A stretch of 64,000 bases of DNA from Betaproteobacteria bacterium (GTDB lineage: Bacteria; Pseudomonadota; Gammaproteobacteria; Burkholderiales; SG8-39). Below the pieces are notes generated by a model. The model worked only from the letters and a program-made list of their open reading frames with translations. It ran no database searches and was not told the DNA's origin. The stretch lies in contig JBQTJX010000003.1 of assembly GCA_052386675.1 (NCBI GenBank), positions 2,660-66,659 of the forward strand, read 5' to 3'. This document shows positions 28,537 to 38,743 of the stretch, piece by piece; position 1 is the stretch's first letter, and each line of letters starts with the position of its first letter. A program made the translations under genes and the position numbers.

Positions 28537-30188
28537 AAGGATTTCGCCTGCTCACGCAGCACGTACTTCTGGATCTTCCCGGTGGCCGTGGTAGGCACTG
28601 GCCCGAACACCACTTTCCTGGGAACCTTGTAACGCGCCAGGTGGTTGCGGCACCACTCGATGTAGTCCGCCTCGGTCGCATTTTCGCCCGGCTTCAGTTG
28701 CACGAAGGCGCAGGGCGTTTCGCCCCATTTCTCGTCGGGTCGCGCCACCACCGCCGCCAGCAGGGTCGCCGGATGCTTGTAGAGCGCGATCTCCACCTCC
28801 ACCGAGGAAATGTTCTCGCCACCGGAAATGATGATGTCCTTCTTGCGGTCCTTGATCTCGATGTAGCTTGACGGATGCCACACCGCCAGGTCGCCGGTGT
28901 GCATCCAGCCGCCGTGGAAGGCGTCCGCGGTGGCCTTCGCGTCCTTCAGGTAACCCAGCATGACGGTGTTTCCCCGGACCAGGACCTCGCCCATGGTCTC
29001 GCCATCCTTCCTCACCGGCCGGCAGGTCTTCGGATCGCCGACGATGTGGCCCTCCACCACCTGGTAGCGCACGCCCTGGCGCGCCATTTCCACCGCGCGC
29101 CGCTCGATCGGCAATGGCGCCCAGCTTTCCTGCTCGGCACAGAAGGTCGAGGGCCCCTGCAGCTCGGTCATGCCGTAGATGTGCAGGACCTTGAAGCCCA
29201 GTTCCTCCATGCCCTGGATCACCTTGGCCGGTGGCGGCGAGCCTCCGGTCTGGATGTGGACCGTCTGCGGGAACCGGCGCTTGTGCTCCGCCGGCGCGGA
29301 CACCAGCATCGTCAGCACCGTGGGCGCGCCGCACATGTGGGTGACACCGTGCTCCACGATCAATGGGAAGACCAGCGACGGATCCACCGCACGCAGGCAT
29401 ACGTGCGTGCCGCCCATGGCGGTGACCGACCAGGGGAAGCACCAGCCGTTGCAATGGAACAGCGGCAGCGTCCACAGGTAGACCGGCTTTGCCGGCATCG
29501 CCCAGGCCATGACATTGCCGCAGGCCTCCAGGAACGTGCCGCGGTGGTGGTAGACCACGCCCTTGGGCCGGCCGGTGGTCCCCGAGGTGTAGTTGAGCGC
29601 GATCGGCGCTGATTCGTCCTGCGGTGGCGACCAAGCGAAGTCCGGCTTGCCGGTCCTCAGGAGCGCTTCATATTCGATCCGGCCTAGCCGCTCGCCGGGG
29701 CCGGTGTACAGCGGGTCGTCCACGTCGACAACGATGGGCTTTTTCTTCATCTTCTTCAGCGCAGGCCCGACCACGCCCGCGAACACCCGGTCGGAGATGA
29801 GCACCTTTGCCTCGCCGTGCTCCAGGATGTAGGCGACGGTGTCGGCGTCCAGGCGCGCGTTGATGGTGTTCAGCACCGCGCCCAGCATCGGCACGCCGTA
29901 GTGCGCCTCCAGCATCGCCGGCACATTGGGCAGCATCGCCGAAACCACGTCGCCCTGCTTTACACCCCTTTTCGCCAGCGCGGATGCCAGCCGGCGCGCC
30001 CGCTCGTAGAACTGCGCATAGGTGTACCGCGTCGTGCCGTGGATCACGGCGGTGCGATCCGGATAAATCTCCGCCGCGCGCGGCAGGAACACCACCGGGC
30101 TGAGCGGCAGGAAGTTGGCCGCGCCTGGCTTCAGGGCCGACCAGAGATTTTTCCGCGGCGCAGCATTGGCCTTCTTAGTCTTTGCCAT
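28533..30188 (-). CDS. AMP-binding acyl-CoA synthetase (ANL superfamily)
   Basis: YTSGTTGRPKG, IYGMTE, HTGDLAV, DRKKDIIISGGENISSVEVE, PTTATGKIQK. Confidence 0.93.
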   Translation of the reverse strand: MAKTKKANAAPRKNLWSALKPGAANFLPLSPVVFLPRAAEIYPDRTAVIHGTTRYTYAQFYERARRLASALAKRGVKQGDVVSAMLPNVPAMLEAHYGVPMLGAVLNTINARLDADTVAYILEHGEAKVLISDRVFAGVVGPALKKMKKKPIVVDVDDPLYTGPGERLGRIEYEALLRTGKPDFAWSPPQDESAPIALNYTSGTTGRPKGVVYHHRGTFLEACGNVMAWAMPAKPVYLWTLPLFHCNGWCFPWSVTAMGGTHVCLRAVDPSLVFPLIVEHGVTHMCGAPTVLTMLVSAPAEHKRRFPQTVHIQTGGSPPPAKVIQGMEELGFKVLHIYGMTELQGPSTFCAEQESWAPLPIERRAVEMARQGVRYQVVEGHIVGDPKTCRPVRKDGETMGEVLVRGNTVMLGYLKDAKATADAFHGGWMHTGDLAVWHPSSYIEIKDRKKDIIISGGENISSVEVEIALYKHPATLLAAVVARPDEKWGETPCAFVQLKPGENATEADYIEWCRNHLARYKVPRKVVFGPVPTTATGKIQKYVLREQAKSL

Positions 30189-30239
30189 CCCCATTCCTCC
30201 GCTTTACACTCACCGAATCTACCTGAGGGAGGAGATCAC

Positions 30240-31418
30240 GTGAAGAAAATTGCCTTAGCAGTGGCGCTTGCGTTCGCCGCCAGTGGCGCGCTGGCCCAGG
30301 AAAAGACCATCAAGATCGCCGGCTTCGGCGCCAAATCGGGCGTCGTGCGCTCGTTCGGCATCAACAGCGAGGCCGCGATGCTCGCGGCTGCGGACCAGAT
30401 CAACAAGGCCGGCGGCATCAAGCTTGCCGACGGCTCCAAGGCCAGTATCAAGATCGACTACTACGACGACCGCTGCACGGCCGAGGAAGGCATTTCGGTC
30501 GCGCGCCGCATGGCGGGCACTGATGCGCTGGTCGGCGTCGGCCCGACCTGCTCCAACGTGGCCGAGCCGCTGTTCGGCATCCTACAGAAGAAGGTTGGCA
30601 ACGCGAGCGACTCCGGCCTGCAGTTCCCGATCTTCACCGACGTCGCCATCAAGGGCGGCCTGGCGCAGATCTCCGAATGGGCGTTTCGCAACGTGCCCAA
30701 TGAGATGACGATGTACTCGTCCCTGTTCTACTGGCTGAAGACCAAGCACCCCGAGTTGAAGTCCGTCTACGGCGGCGTCGAGGAGGACTTCGCCCACTCG
30801 CGCGCGACCTGGTATGTCGTCATGAAGGATCGCGCGGTCGCCAATGGCTACGCGGTGGCCGGCGAATCCAAATGGCTGCTGGCCGACACCAACTTCGCCA
30901 CCCAGGTTCGGGAAATGAAGAAGGCCAACGCCGATATCGTCGCGATCTCCGCGCACCCCTTCTCCACCTGCGGCGTGCTGAAGGAAATGCAGCGCCAGGG
31001 CGTCAAGCCCAAGCTGCTGGTGGGCCTGACCAGCACGTCCAGCCTGGAGACCATGCAGGGCTGCGCCAAGCAGGCCGAGGGCATGATGATCCCGACCAGC
31101 TTCGCGCCGGTGAACAAGGAAGCCACGGCGGCTGCGAACGCGACGGCCAAGTTCAAGGGCAGCGCGGACCTGCACAGCATGGCGGCCTGGGAGAACATGT
31201 TCATCCTGAAGCAGGTGATGGAGTCGGAGAAGCTCTCGGGCAATCCGAAGGACCTGCAGGCCGACCGCCGCAAGGTCCGCGACGGCCTTTCCAAGCTGAA
31301 GGTCACCAAGGGCCTGCTGGGCGACACCAAGCGCACCGATGACCGCGAGGCGGACAAGCCCTACCTGTTCGTCCAGGCCAAGAGCGGCAACTGGGTCGTG
31401 CTGCACAACCCGCTCTGA
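30240..31418 (+). CDS. ABC substrate-binding protein, HAAT type
   Basis: GTG 30240 after GGAG; signal peptide KKIALAVALAFAASGALA; AADQINKAGGI, DTNFATQV. Confidence 0.9.
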   Translation: MKKIALAVALAFAASGALAQEKTIKIAGFGAKSGVVRSFGINSEAAMLAAADQINKAGGIKLADGSKASIKIDYYDDRCTAEEGISVARRMAGTDALVGVGPTCSNVAEPLFGILQKKVGNASDSGLQFPIFTDVAIKGGLAQISEWAFRNVPNEMTMYSSLFYWLKTKHPELKSVYGGVEEDFAHSRATWYVVMKDRAVANGYAVAGESKWLLADTNFATQVREMKKANADIVAISAHPFSTCGVLKEMQRQGVKPKLLVGLTSTSSLETMQGCAKQAEGMMIPTSFAPVNKEATAAANATAKFKGSADLHSMAAWENMFILKQVMESEKLSGNPKDLQADRRKVRDGLSKLKVTKGLLGDTKRTDDREADKPYLFVQAKSGNWVVLHNPL

Positions 31419-31437
31419 TCACCGCGAAGGGGATCTG

Positions 31438-31471
31438 AAAGGGGGGCGGCGGACCCGCCCCCCTTTTCTTT
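31438..31471 (+). terminator. Intrinsic terminator-like hairpin after the SBP gene
   Basis: AAAGGGGGGCGG-CGGAC-CCGCCCCCCTTT followed by TCTTT. Confidence 0.75.
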
Positions 31472-31474
31472 GCC

Positions 31475-32353
31475 ATGCTGGACTTCTTCCAATCGCTGTC
31501 AGACGGGGTGCTGTTCGGTGCGACCTACGCGCTGATCGGCATCGGCTTCACGCTGGTCTTCGGCGTGATGCACAAACTCAACCTGTCGTATGCCGCGGCG
31601 TCGATCGGCGGCGCCTATTGCGGCCTTCTGGTGCTGCAGGTCGCCGCCGGCGCACCGCCGGTGGTGGTGTTCTTCTGCGCCTTCCTTGCGGGCGGCCTGC
31701 TTGGCTGGCTGGTGTACCTGACCTGCTTCCACTTCATCCCGATCTCGAACCCGCTGGCAACGCTGATGGCCACCGTCGGCATGCTGCTGCTGATCGACGA
31801 GATCATCGTCCACCTGACCGCGGGCATGCCGATTGGCTACCCAGCGATGTTCGACGACGTCATGCTGCGCATGGGAGAGTTCAGCCTGCGTGGCGACCTG
31901 CTGATGGTGTTTGCGGTGAGCGTACTGTGCATGGGCGGGCTGCTCGCGCTGCTCTACAGGACCCGGCTCGGCCTTGCCACGCGCGCGGTGTCGCAGCAGA
32001 CCGTGGCGGCGCTGCTGTGCGGCATCCGCGTCGGCCAGGTGAACGCCATGACCTTCGTCATCACCGGACTGCTGGGCGGGATCGCTGGGGCCATGATCGG
32101 CGCCTCGGTGGGCACGCTCTCGCCGCTGCTCACCACCCCGCTGACCACCAAGGGCCTGATCGTGACGGTGATCGGCGGCCTGGGCAGCGTTCCCGGCGCC
32201 ATCCTCGCCGGCCTCCTGGTCGGCGGCTTCGAGAGCGTGCTGCAGCTGTACCGCGGGGTGACCGAGCGCGACCTCTACGTGATGCTGCTCCTGTTCGTGT
32301 TCCTGGTGTTCCGCCCCGGCGGCCTGTTCGCCCCCAAGGGAGGGCGCGACTAG
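31475..32353 (+). CDS. LivH-type ABC permease
   Basis: GATYALIGIGFTLVFGVMHKLNLSY, VIGGLGSVPGAILAGLLVG. Confidence 0.9.
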   Translation: MLDFFQSLSDGVLFGATYALIGIGFTLVFGVMHKLNLSYAAASIGGAYCGLLVLQVAAGAPPVVVFFCAFLAGGLLGWLVYLTCFHFIPISNPLATLMATVGMLLLIDEIIVHLTAGMPIGYPAMFDDVMLRMGEFSLRGDLLMVFAVSVLCMGGLLALLYRTRLGLATRAVSQQTVAALLCGIRVGQVNAMTFVITGLLGGIAGAMIGASVGTLSPLLTTPLTTKGLIVTVIGGLGSVPGAILAGLLVGGFESVLQLYRGVTERDLYVMLLLFVFLVFRPGGLFAPKGGRD

Positions 32354-33259
32354 ATGGACTTTTACTTCGGCCTGGCGCAGATCATCGGCGTTCACACGCT
32401 GATCGGGTTGTCCGCGTACGTGGTGCTGCTCACCGGCCAGGTGAGCCTGGCGCAAGCGGGGTTTTTCGCCGTCGGTGCCTATGCCGCCGGCATGCTCACG
32501 GTGCTTGCGGGCTGGACAATTCTGCCGGCGCTGGCAGCCAGCGCCGTCCTGGGCGCGGTGGTGGCCTGCGCGGTGGGCTTCCCTGCCCTGCGCGTCAAGG
32601 GCCTGATGCTGGTGATCGCCACCCTTGCCTTCGGGGAAGGCGTACGCCTGTTCTTCTTCAATTTCGACTACCAGGTCGCCAAGGGCGGCGTGAAGCTGGG
32701 CCCGCTGGGCGGCGAAGGCTTTCGCCAGATCCGCTACTTCCCGGAGAACGGCTGGACCACGATGGACGTGATGCTGTTCATCTGGACCTTCGTCGTGCTG
32801 GCGATGGCGCTGCTGTGGTGGTTCGACCGCTCGCGCTACGGCGCGGTGCTGCGCGCAGTCGGCGAAGACGAACTCGCCGCGCAGTCGGTCGGCCTCAACC
32901 TGACCGCGGTGAAGGTGAGCGCCATGACCATCGGCGGCGCCATCGCAGGCCTGGGAGGCGGCATCTATGCGCACTACACCACGCACATAGAGCACGCGAG
33001 CTTCGGCATCCTGCTCGCCACCTTCGCGCTCGCCTACCCGATCCTGGGCGGCCTTGGCAGCGTGTTCGGAACGCTGCTCGCGGCGGTGTTCGTGCAGGGC
33101 TTCCTGGTCGAGGGCCTGCGCTTCCTGGGCGACTGGCGCAACCTGCTCTTTGGCGCGCTGATCGTCCTGGCGATGAACGTGCGGCCAAAGGGATTCCTCG
33201 ACGCGCCCACGCTGCTATGGATCAAGCGATTGTTTGGAGGCAAGCGTGGCGCTGCTTGA
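32354..33259 (+). CDS. LivM-type ABC permease
   Basis: TGQVSLAQAGFFAVGAY, RVKGLMLVIATLAFGE, ILGGLGS. Confidence 0.9.
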   Translation: MDFYFGLAQIIGVHTLIGLSAYVVLLTGQVSLAQAGFFAVGAYAAGMLTVLAGWTILPALAASAVLGAVVACAVGFPALRVKGLMLVIATLAFGEGVRLFFFNFDYQVAKGGVKLGPLGGEGFRQIRYFPENGWTTMDVMLFIWTFVVLAMALLWWFDRSRYGAVLRAVGEDELAAQSVGLNLTAVKVSAMTIGGAIAGLGGGIYAHYTTHIEHASFGILLATFALAYPILGGLGSVFGTLLAAVFVQGFLVEGLRFLGDWRNLLFGALIVLAMNVRPKGFLDAPTLLWIKRLFGGKRGAA

Positions 33260-34001
33260 GCTGAAGGGCGTCTCGCGCCACTTCGGCGGCGTGCGCGCAG
33301 TGGACGGCCTGGACCTTTCGGTCGAGATGGGTCAGGTGTTCGGGCTCATCGGCCCAAACGGCTCGGGCAAGAGCACCACAGTGAACCTGGTCTCGGGCCT
33401 GTTCCCCCTCAGCTCCGGCGCCATCACGTTCCAGGGCAACAGCCTCGAGGGCTTGCCGACGCACTTGCGCCTGCAATCGGGCATCGCGCGCACCTTCCAG
33501 AACATCCGACTGTTTGGACAGTTGAGCGTGTGGCAGAACCTGTGGGTGGCGCAGAACTCGCCCGAGGACCGAGCGCGACATGGATTTGTCGCGCGCTGGT
33601 TCGGCGGCCAGTCCGGGGCGCGCGAGGAGATCCTGCCGCTACTGGAGTTCTCCGGCCTCGCCCACAAGCGGGATGAACTGGCATCGAACCTGTCCTTCGG
33701 CGAGCAGCGCCGCCTGGAGCTGGCCCGGGCCATGGCGACGCGCCCGAAGCTGCTGCTGCTGGACGAACCCGCGGCCGGGATGAACAGCGAGGAGGTCGGC
33801 CAGCTTCGCGAGCGCATCCTCAGCCTGCGCAGCAGCGGCGTCACCATCCTGCTGGTGGAGCACGTCATGGAACTGGTGATGGGCGTCACCGACCGCATCG
33901 CGGTGCTGAATTTCGGCCAGAAGATCGCCGAAGGCACGCCGGCGGAGATCCAGGCCGACCCGGCGGTGCGCAAGGCTTACCTGGGAGGCGAAGCAGCATG
34001 A
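33246..34001 (+). CDS. ABC ATP-binding protein, LivG type
   Basis: GPNGSGKST, LSFGEQRRLELA, LLDEPAAG, VEHVM; GTG 33246. Confidence 0.92.
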   Translation: MALLELKGVSRHFGGVRAVDGLDLSVEMGQVFGLIGPNGSGKSTTVNLVSGLFPLSSGAITFQGNSLEGLPTHLRLQSGIARTFQNIRLFGQLSVWQNLWVAQNSPEDRARHGFVARWFGGQSGAREEILPLLEFSGLAHKRDELASNLSFGEQRRLELARAMATRPKLLLLDEPAAGMNSEEVGQLRERILSLRSSGVTILLVEHVMELVMGVTDRIAVLNFGQKIAEGTPAEIQADPAVRKAYLGGEAA

Positions 34002-34723
34002 GCGACGTTGGCGACGTGCTGCTGGAAGTGAAGGACCTGGTCACCGCCTATGGCAAGATCGAGGCGCTCAAGGGTGTCGCGCTGCAGGTGAAGCAGGGAT
34101 CCATCACCTGCCTGCTGGGGCCTAATGGCGCGGGCAAGACGACGCTGATGATGACCATCGCGGGCATCCTTCGCCCGCGCAGCGGGTCCGTTGCCTTCGC
34201 CGGCCGCGGGATTTCGTCCCTGCGGCCGCACGACATCGTTGCCGCCGGCGTCGCGCTGGTGCCGGAGAACCGGCTGGTGTTCCCCGCCATGACGGTGCTG
34301 GACAACCTGCGCGCCGGCGCCTACCAGCGGCGCGACGACTTCGCGCCGGACATCGAGAAGCTGTTCCAGCGCTTCCCGCGCCTGAAGGAGCGCGCCGCTC
34401 AGCTGGCGGGCACCTTGTCCGGGGGCGAGCAGCAGATGCTCGCAGTAGCGCGCGCGCTCATGAGCCGGCCGAAGCTGCTGCTCATGGACGAGCCGTCGCT
34501 GGGCCTCGCGCCCCTGGTGGTGGAGGAGATCTTCCGCATCATCGCCGAACTGCACCGCGACGGCACCACGATATTCCTTGTGGAGCAGAACGCCCACATG
34601 GCGCTCAAGGTGGCGCAGCACTTCTACCTCATGGAGCAGGGCAAGGTCACCTTCAGCGGTGATCCCGGATCGCTCGCCGAGGACGAGGTCATCCGCCGCG
34701 CCTACCTGGGCTCCGCCAAGTAG
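33998..34723 (+). CDS. ABC ATP-binding protein, LivF type
   Basis: GPNGAGKT, LSGGEQQML, DEPSLGLAP, VEQN. Confidence 0.93.
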   Translation: MSDVGDVLLEVKDLVTAYGKIEALKGVALQVKQGSITCLLGPNGAGKTTLMMTIAGILRPRSGSVAFAGRGISSLRPHDIVAAGVALVPENRLVFPAMTVLDNLRAGAYQRRDDFAPDIEKLFQRFPRLKERAAQLAGTLSGGEQQMLAVARALMSRPKLLLMDEPSLGLAPLVVEEIFRIIAELHRDGTTIFLVEQNAHMALKVAQHFYLMEQGKVTFSGDPGSLAEDEVIRRAYLGSAK

Positions 34724-34730
34724 GCCGGCC

Positions 34731-35600
34731 ATGCTGGCCGACCTGGCCCAGAACACGCTCGACGGGCTCGCGGCGGGCGCCTCCTACGCCCTGCTCGCGA
34801 TCGGCTTCACGCTGATCTTCGGCGTCCTGCGGCGCGTCAACCTGTCCTACGGCCCGGCGATCATGCTGGGCTGCTACGTCGCAACCTTCGTCCATCTCAA
34901 TTTCGGCGCCGGGCTGCTGGCCCTGGCTGCAGTCTGTGTCCTCGCCGCGGTGCTGGCCGGCGCCTACGTGGAGCGCCTTTGCTTCGCGCCCCACAGGAAG
35001 GGTTCCGCCATTGCCGCCATGGTCGCCAGCTTCGCGCTCTGGATGCAACTGGAGGAAGCGGCGATGCTGGCGCTGCCCAAGCACCTCTACGCCTTCCCCG
35101 CGCTGTACGACGGCGGGCCGATCGCGATTGCCGGGTTCACCTTCCGCGTCGAGGCAGTGGCGATGCTGGCTGCGGCGGTCGCGGTCTGCGCACTTGTGTG
35201 GTGGATCCTCTACCGCACGCGATTCGGCGTCGGTGCGCGCGCGGTCATCGATTCGCCATTGGCGGCGGAGCTCTCCGGCATCAGCGTCGGCCGGGTGTCG
35301 ATTGGCGTGTTCGCTCTTGCCTCAGCCATCGGCGGCCTGGCCGGCTTCCTGCTCTCAGCCAGTGTCGAGCAGGTGACGCCGATGCTGGGCATGTGGTCCA
35401 CGCTGAAGGGCTTGCTCGCAATGATGCTGGGCGGGCTGGGTTCCCTTCCGGGTGCGGTGGCCGGGGCCCTGGTGCTGGGACTGGTGGAGGCGCACAGCCA
35501 GTGGTTCCTCGGACCGCAGTTGCGCGACTTCATCGCCTTCCTGATGCTGTTCGTGCTGCTTGCGATCGGCCCCCGCTGGATGCGGTCGCGTCATGGATGA
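34731..35600 (+). CDS. Second LivH-type permease
   Basis: GASYALLAIGFTLIFGVLRRVNLSY, MMLGGLGSLPGAVAG; ATG 34731. Confidence 0.88.
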   Translation: MLADLAQNTLDGLAAGASYALLAIGFTLIFGVLRRVNLSYGPAIMLGCYVATFVHLNFGAGLLALAAVCVLAAVLAGAYVERLCFAPHRKGSAIAAMVASFALWMQLEEAAMLALPKHLYAFPALYDGGPIAIAGFTFRVEAVAMLAAAVAVCALVWWILYRTRFGVGARAVIDSPLAAELSGISVGRVSIGVFALASAIGGLAGFLLSASVEQVTPMLGMWSTLKGLLAMMLGGLGSLPGAVAGALVLGLVEAHSQWFLGPQLRDFIAFLMLFVLLAIGPRWMRSRHG

Positions 35601-36510
35601 CTACACCGTCGGCGTCCTCACCAGCATCGGCCTGTTCGGTTTCCTGGCCATCTCCGCCTACCTGCTGCTGCTCGCGGGCGAGATGTCCTTCGGACAACAG
35701 GCATTTTTCGGGGTCGGCGCCTATTCGGGCGGCATGCTGACCGCGATGTTCGGCTGGCCGCTGCCGCTGGCCGCGATCGCGGCGATGGCGCTGGGCGCGC
35801 TGGCCGCGCTGATGGTGGCGCTACCCACGCTGCGCCTGCGCGGCCTGTACTTTGCCATGGCGACCCTGGCCGCGGCGGAAATGGCGCGCATCGGCTTCGA
35901 GCTGGTCCACTGGCAGGTCGAAATCGACGGCGAGGGGGAACGTGAAATGCGCGGGCCGGACGGCACCCAGGGTTTCCGCGGCATTCGCTGGGTGTTCGAG
36001 AATGGCGTCGAGCCCGAGGCCTACCTGGTCATCATCTGGTTCATGCTCGCGCTCGTCGTGGCCGCGATCCTCGCTCTGGAACGCTCGCGCCTTGGTGCCA
36101 CGCTGCGTGGGGTGGGCGAGGACCCGGACCTGGCCGCGGCGCTGGGCGTGGACGTCACCCGCTTCAAGCTGGGCGTGGCCGCGGCGGCGGGCGCCCTGGC
36201 GGCTTTCGGCGGTGTCCTTTACGCCCACCACAATACCTATGTCGAGCCGCGGAACTTCGACATCATGCTCGGGGTCCACAGCCTGGCATATGCGCTGATC
36301 GGTGGATTGGGCACGGTATTCGGTCCACTGCTTGGGGTGCTGGTGGACATCGGCCTGCTGGAGGGCAGCCGGGTGTTCCAGGGCTACCGCATGATCGTGT
36401 TCGGCGGCCTGGTGGCCCTGCTGCTCGTGTTCCGGCCGCGCGGCCTGCTCGATGAAAGGATGGTGCAATGGATAAGGCAACGCTTCTCGTCATCCGCTTC
36501 CTCGCGCTAG
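35593..36510 (+). CDS. Second LivM-type permease
   Basis: AGEMSFGQQAFFGVGAY, RLRGLYFAMATLA, LIGGLG; ATG 35593. Confidence 0.88.
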   Translation: MDDYTVGVLTSIGLFGFLAISAYLLLLAGEMSFGQQAFFGVGAYSGGMLTAMFGWPLPLAAIAAMALGALAALMVALPTLRLRGLYFAMATLAAAEMARIGFELVHWQVEIDGEGEREMRGPDGTQGFRGIRWVFENGVEPEAYLVIIWFMLALVVAAILALERSRLGATLRGVGEDPDLAAALGVDVTRFKLGVAAAAGALAAFGGVLYAHHNTYVEPRNFDIMLGVHSLAYALIGGLGTVFGPLLGVLVDIGLLEGSRVFQGYRMIVFGGLVALLLVFRPRGLLDERMVQWIRQRFSSSASSR

Positions 36511-36884
36511 CGCTCCTGCTGCCCCTGCCCGCGCTGGCACAGCGCGCGCAGGCGGAACTCGCCTGCGCGCCGACGAAGACCGATTTCATCTACGACTGCA
36601 CCATCCGCCTCACGCGCGGCGGGCAGCCGCTGTCGGGCGCGCAGATCACCGTTGGCGCCGACATGCCCTCCATGCCGATGGCGCACAACGTCAAGCCGGT
36701 GAAGGCAAAGCCCGGCAGGGCGTCCGGCGAGTATGCCGCGAGCCTCGACCTGGAAATGCTGGGCGAATGGGCGGTGAAACTGCGCCTGGCCGGCCCGGTG
36801 AAGGACCAGCTGGTCCTGCTCTACGACTTCGACGACAAGGGCGCCCGGCCGGTCACTCGATCCGGCAAGCCTCATCGAAAGTAA
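36468..36884 (+). CDS. Exported YtkA/FixH-like immunoglobulin-fold protein
   Basis: Signal peptide; [10 protein letters not shown] motif, [19 protein letters not shown]. Confidence 0.7.
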   Translation: MDKATLLVIRFLALALLLPLPALAQRAQAELACAPTKTDFIYDCTIRLTRGGQPLSGAQITVGADMPSMPMAHNVKPVKAKPGRASGEYAASLDLEMLGEWAVKLRLAGPVKDQLVLLYDFDDKGARPVTRSGKPHRK

Positions 36885-37437
36885 GCCTCGGATTCCTCGG
36901 GAACACCTTTGCGGGATCGCCCTTGCCGAGGTTGCAGAGGAAATTCGACTTCCAGCGCCCGTCCGGGAAGAAAGCCGCGTCCACCTTGGCATTGTCGAAG
37001 CCCGACATCGGCCCGCAGTCCAGCCCCAGTGCGCGCGCGGCGATGATCAGGTAGGCGCCCTGCAGCGAGCCGTTGCGCATGCACACGGCCTGGATCACCG
37101 CGTCCTTGCCCTCGAAGTTGGCCTTCGCGTTCGGGTTGTTGGGAAAGGTCCTGGGCAGGAACTCGTAGAAGCGCGTGTCATGGGCGACGATCACGGTGCA
37201 CGGCGCCGCCATGGTCTTGTCCAGGTTGCCCGGGCTGAGTGCCGGCCTGAGCTTCTCCTTCGCCGCCTTCGACCGCACGAACACGAAGCGCCCGGGCTGC
37301 GTGTTCATGGTCGTGGGACCGAACTTCATCAGCTCGTAGAGCGCCTTCACCTGCGCCTCCTCCACCGGCTGGCCGAGAAAGCCGTTCTGCGTGCGGGCGG
37401 TGCGGAACAGGGTATCGAGCGTCTGCGAATCGAGCAT
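36853..37437 (-). CDS. Nitroreductase family, malonic semialdehyde reductase RutE/YcdI-like
   Basis: [45 protein letters not shown]. Confidence 0.9.
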   Translation of the reverse strand: MLDSQTLDTLFRTARTQNGFLGQPVEEAQVKALYELMKFGPTTMNTQPGRFVFVRSKAAKEKLRPALSPGNLDKTMAAPCTVIVAHDTRFYEFLPRTFPNNPNAKANFEGKDAVIQAVCMRNGSLQGAYLIIAARALGLDCGPMSGFDNAKVDAAFFPDGRWKSNFLCNLGKGDPAKVFPRNPRLTFDEACRIE

Positions 37438-37481
37438 GGCGGGACTCCGGATGAATGTGGCGCCGATGTTAGCATCGACCG

Positions 37482-38666
37482 ATGGACATCGATCTTGCGC
37501 AGGCCCTCCGTCCCGGCGACGGCATCATGGTCGGGCAAGCCACGGCCGAGCCCCAGGCGCTCACCGAAGCACTGGTCGCGCAGCGCGCGAAGTTCTCTGG
37601 CGCCAGGCTGTTCCTCGGCGTCAACTATGCCGGCATCGTGAAACCCGCGCATGCCGACCACCTCCGCCTGACCGCCTACTGCGGCGCCGGCGCTAACCGG
37701 GCGCTGGCGGATGCCGGCGTGCTGGACATCCAGCCCCATCCCTATTCCCGCTTCGCCGCCCTGATCCGCGACAGGAGGCTGGCGAGCGACGTGGTCTTCG
37801 TGCAGCTCAGCCCGCCGAACGACCAGGGCGTGTTCAGCATGGGCCTCGCGGCCGAGTACCTGGTTCCCGCGCTCGCCGGTTGCCGCGCCATCGTCGCCGA
37901 GGTCAACGACCAGGTGCCCTGGACGCACAGCGAGCGGCTGCTGCGGCGCGAGGACCTCGCGCTCGCGGTTCTGTCCTCGCGCACGCCGGCACAGGTAGCG
38001 GCCAAGCCTCCATCCGATGCGGAGAAGGCCATCGCACGCCACGCCGCGGCCTTCGTACCCGACGGCGCGACGCTGGAATTCGGCCTTGGCACCCTGCCTG
38101 ACGCCGTCTGCGCTGCGCTGGGTGGCCGCAAGGACCTGAAAGTGCACAGCGGCGCATTGGGTGACGGCGTCGTCGGCCTGATGCAGGCGGGCGTGGTGAA
38201 GGAAGCGGACTGCGGCGTGCTGATGGGCAGCCGCAAGCTGTTTGCGTTCGCGCACCGCAATCCGGCCGTCAGGCTGCGCTCCACGGAGTACACCCACGAC
38301 CCGCGCACCCTGCTAGGCATCGAGCGCTTCATCGCCATCAATTCGGCGGTGGAAGTGGACCTGACCGGGCAGGTGAACGCCGAGGTCGCGGCCGGCAGCT
38401 ACCTCGGCGCGGTCGGCGGCGCGCTCGATTTCGTTCGCGCCGCGAACCAATCTTCCGGCGGGGTCTCGCTGCTGCTCGTGCGCGCCTCGCGCATCGTGGC
38501 GCAGCTGCAGGGCCCGGTGGCGACCCCGCGCAGCGAGGCGGGCGTGATCGTCACCGAATGCGGCGCCGCCGACCTGCGCGGCCTGGGCCTCGCTGAGCGC
38601 CGCCGGCGCATGATCGCCATCGCCGCCCCCGAGAATCGCGCCGCCCTGGAGGCAGCCGAAGGATAG
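37482..38666 (+). CDS. Acetyl-CoA hydrolase/CoA-transferase family protein
   Basis: [61 protein letters not shown]. Confidence 0.9.
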   Translation: MDIDLAQALRPGDGIMVGQATAEPQALTEALVAQRAKFSGARLFLGVNYAGIVKPAHADHLRLTAYCGAGANRALADAGVLDIQPHPYSRFAALIRDRRLASDVVFVQLSPPNDQGVFSMGLAAEYLVPALAGCRAIVAEVNDQVPWTHSERLLRREDLALAVLSSRTPAQVAAKPPSDAEKAIARHAAAFVPDGATLEFGLGTLPDAVCAALGGRKDLKVHSGALGDGVVGLMQAGVVKEADCGVLMGSRKLFAFAHRNPAVRLRSTEYTHDPRTLLGIERFIAINSAVEVDLTGQVNAEVAAGSYLGAVGGALDFVRAANQSSGGVSLLLVRASRIVAQLQGPVATPRSEAGVIVTECGAADLRGLGLAERRRRMIAIAAPENRAALEAAEG

Positions 38667-38670
38667 GCGA

Positions 38671-38727
38671 AAAACAGGGACAGACCACGTTTTCCCTGGC
38701 TGGAAAACGTGGTCTGTCCCTGATTTC
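38671..38727. repeat. 57-bp REP-like palindromic element, copy 1 (intergenic)
   Basis: Perfect 21-bp arms CAGGGACAGACCACGTTTTCC(38675-38695)/GGAAAACGTGGTCTGTCCCTG(38702-38722) with a 6-nt loop; 50/57 identical to the reverse complement of 50311-50367. Confidence 0.92.
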
Positions 38728-38743
38728 CTGATTTGGCGCGGAT

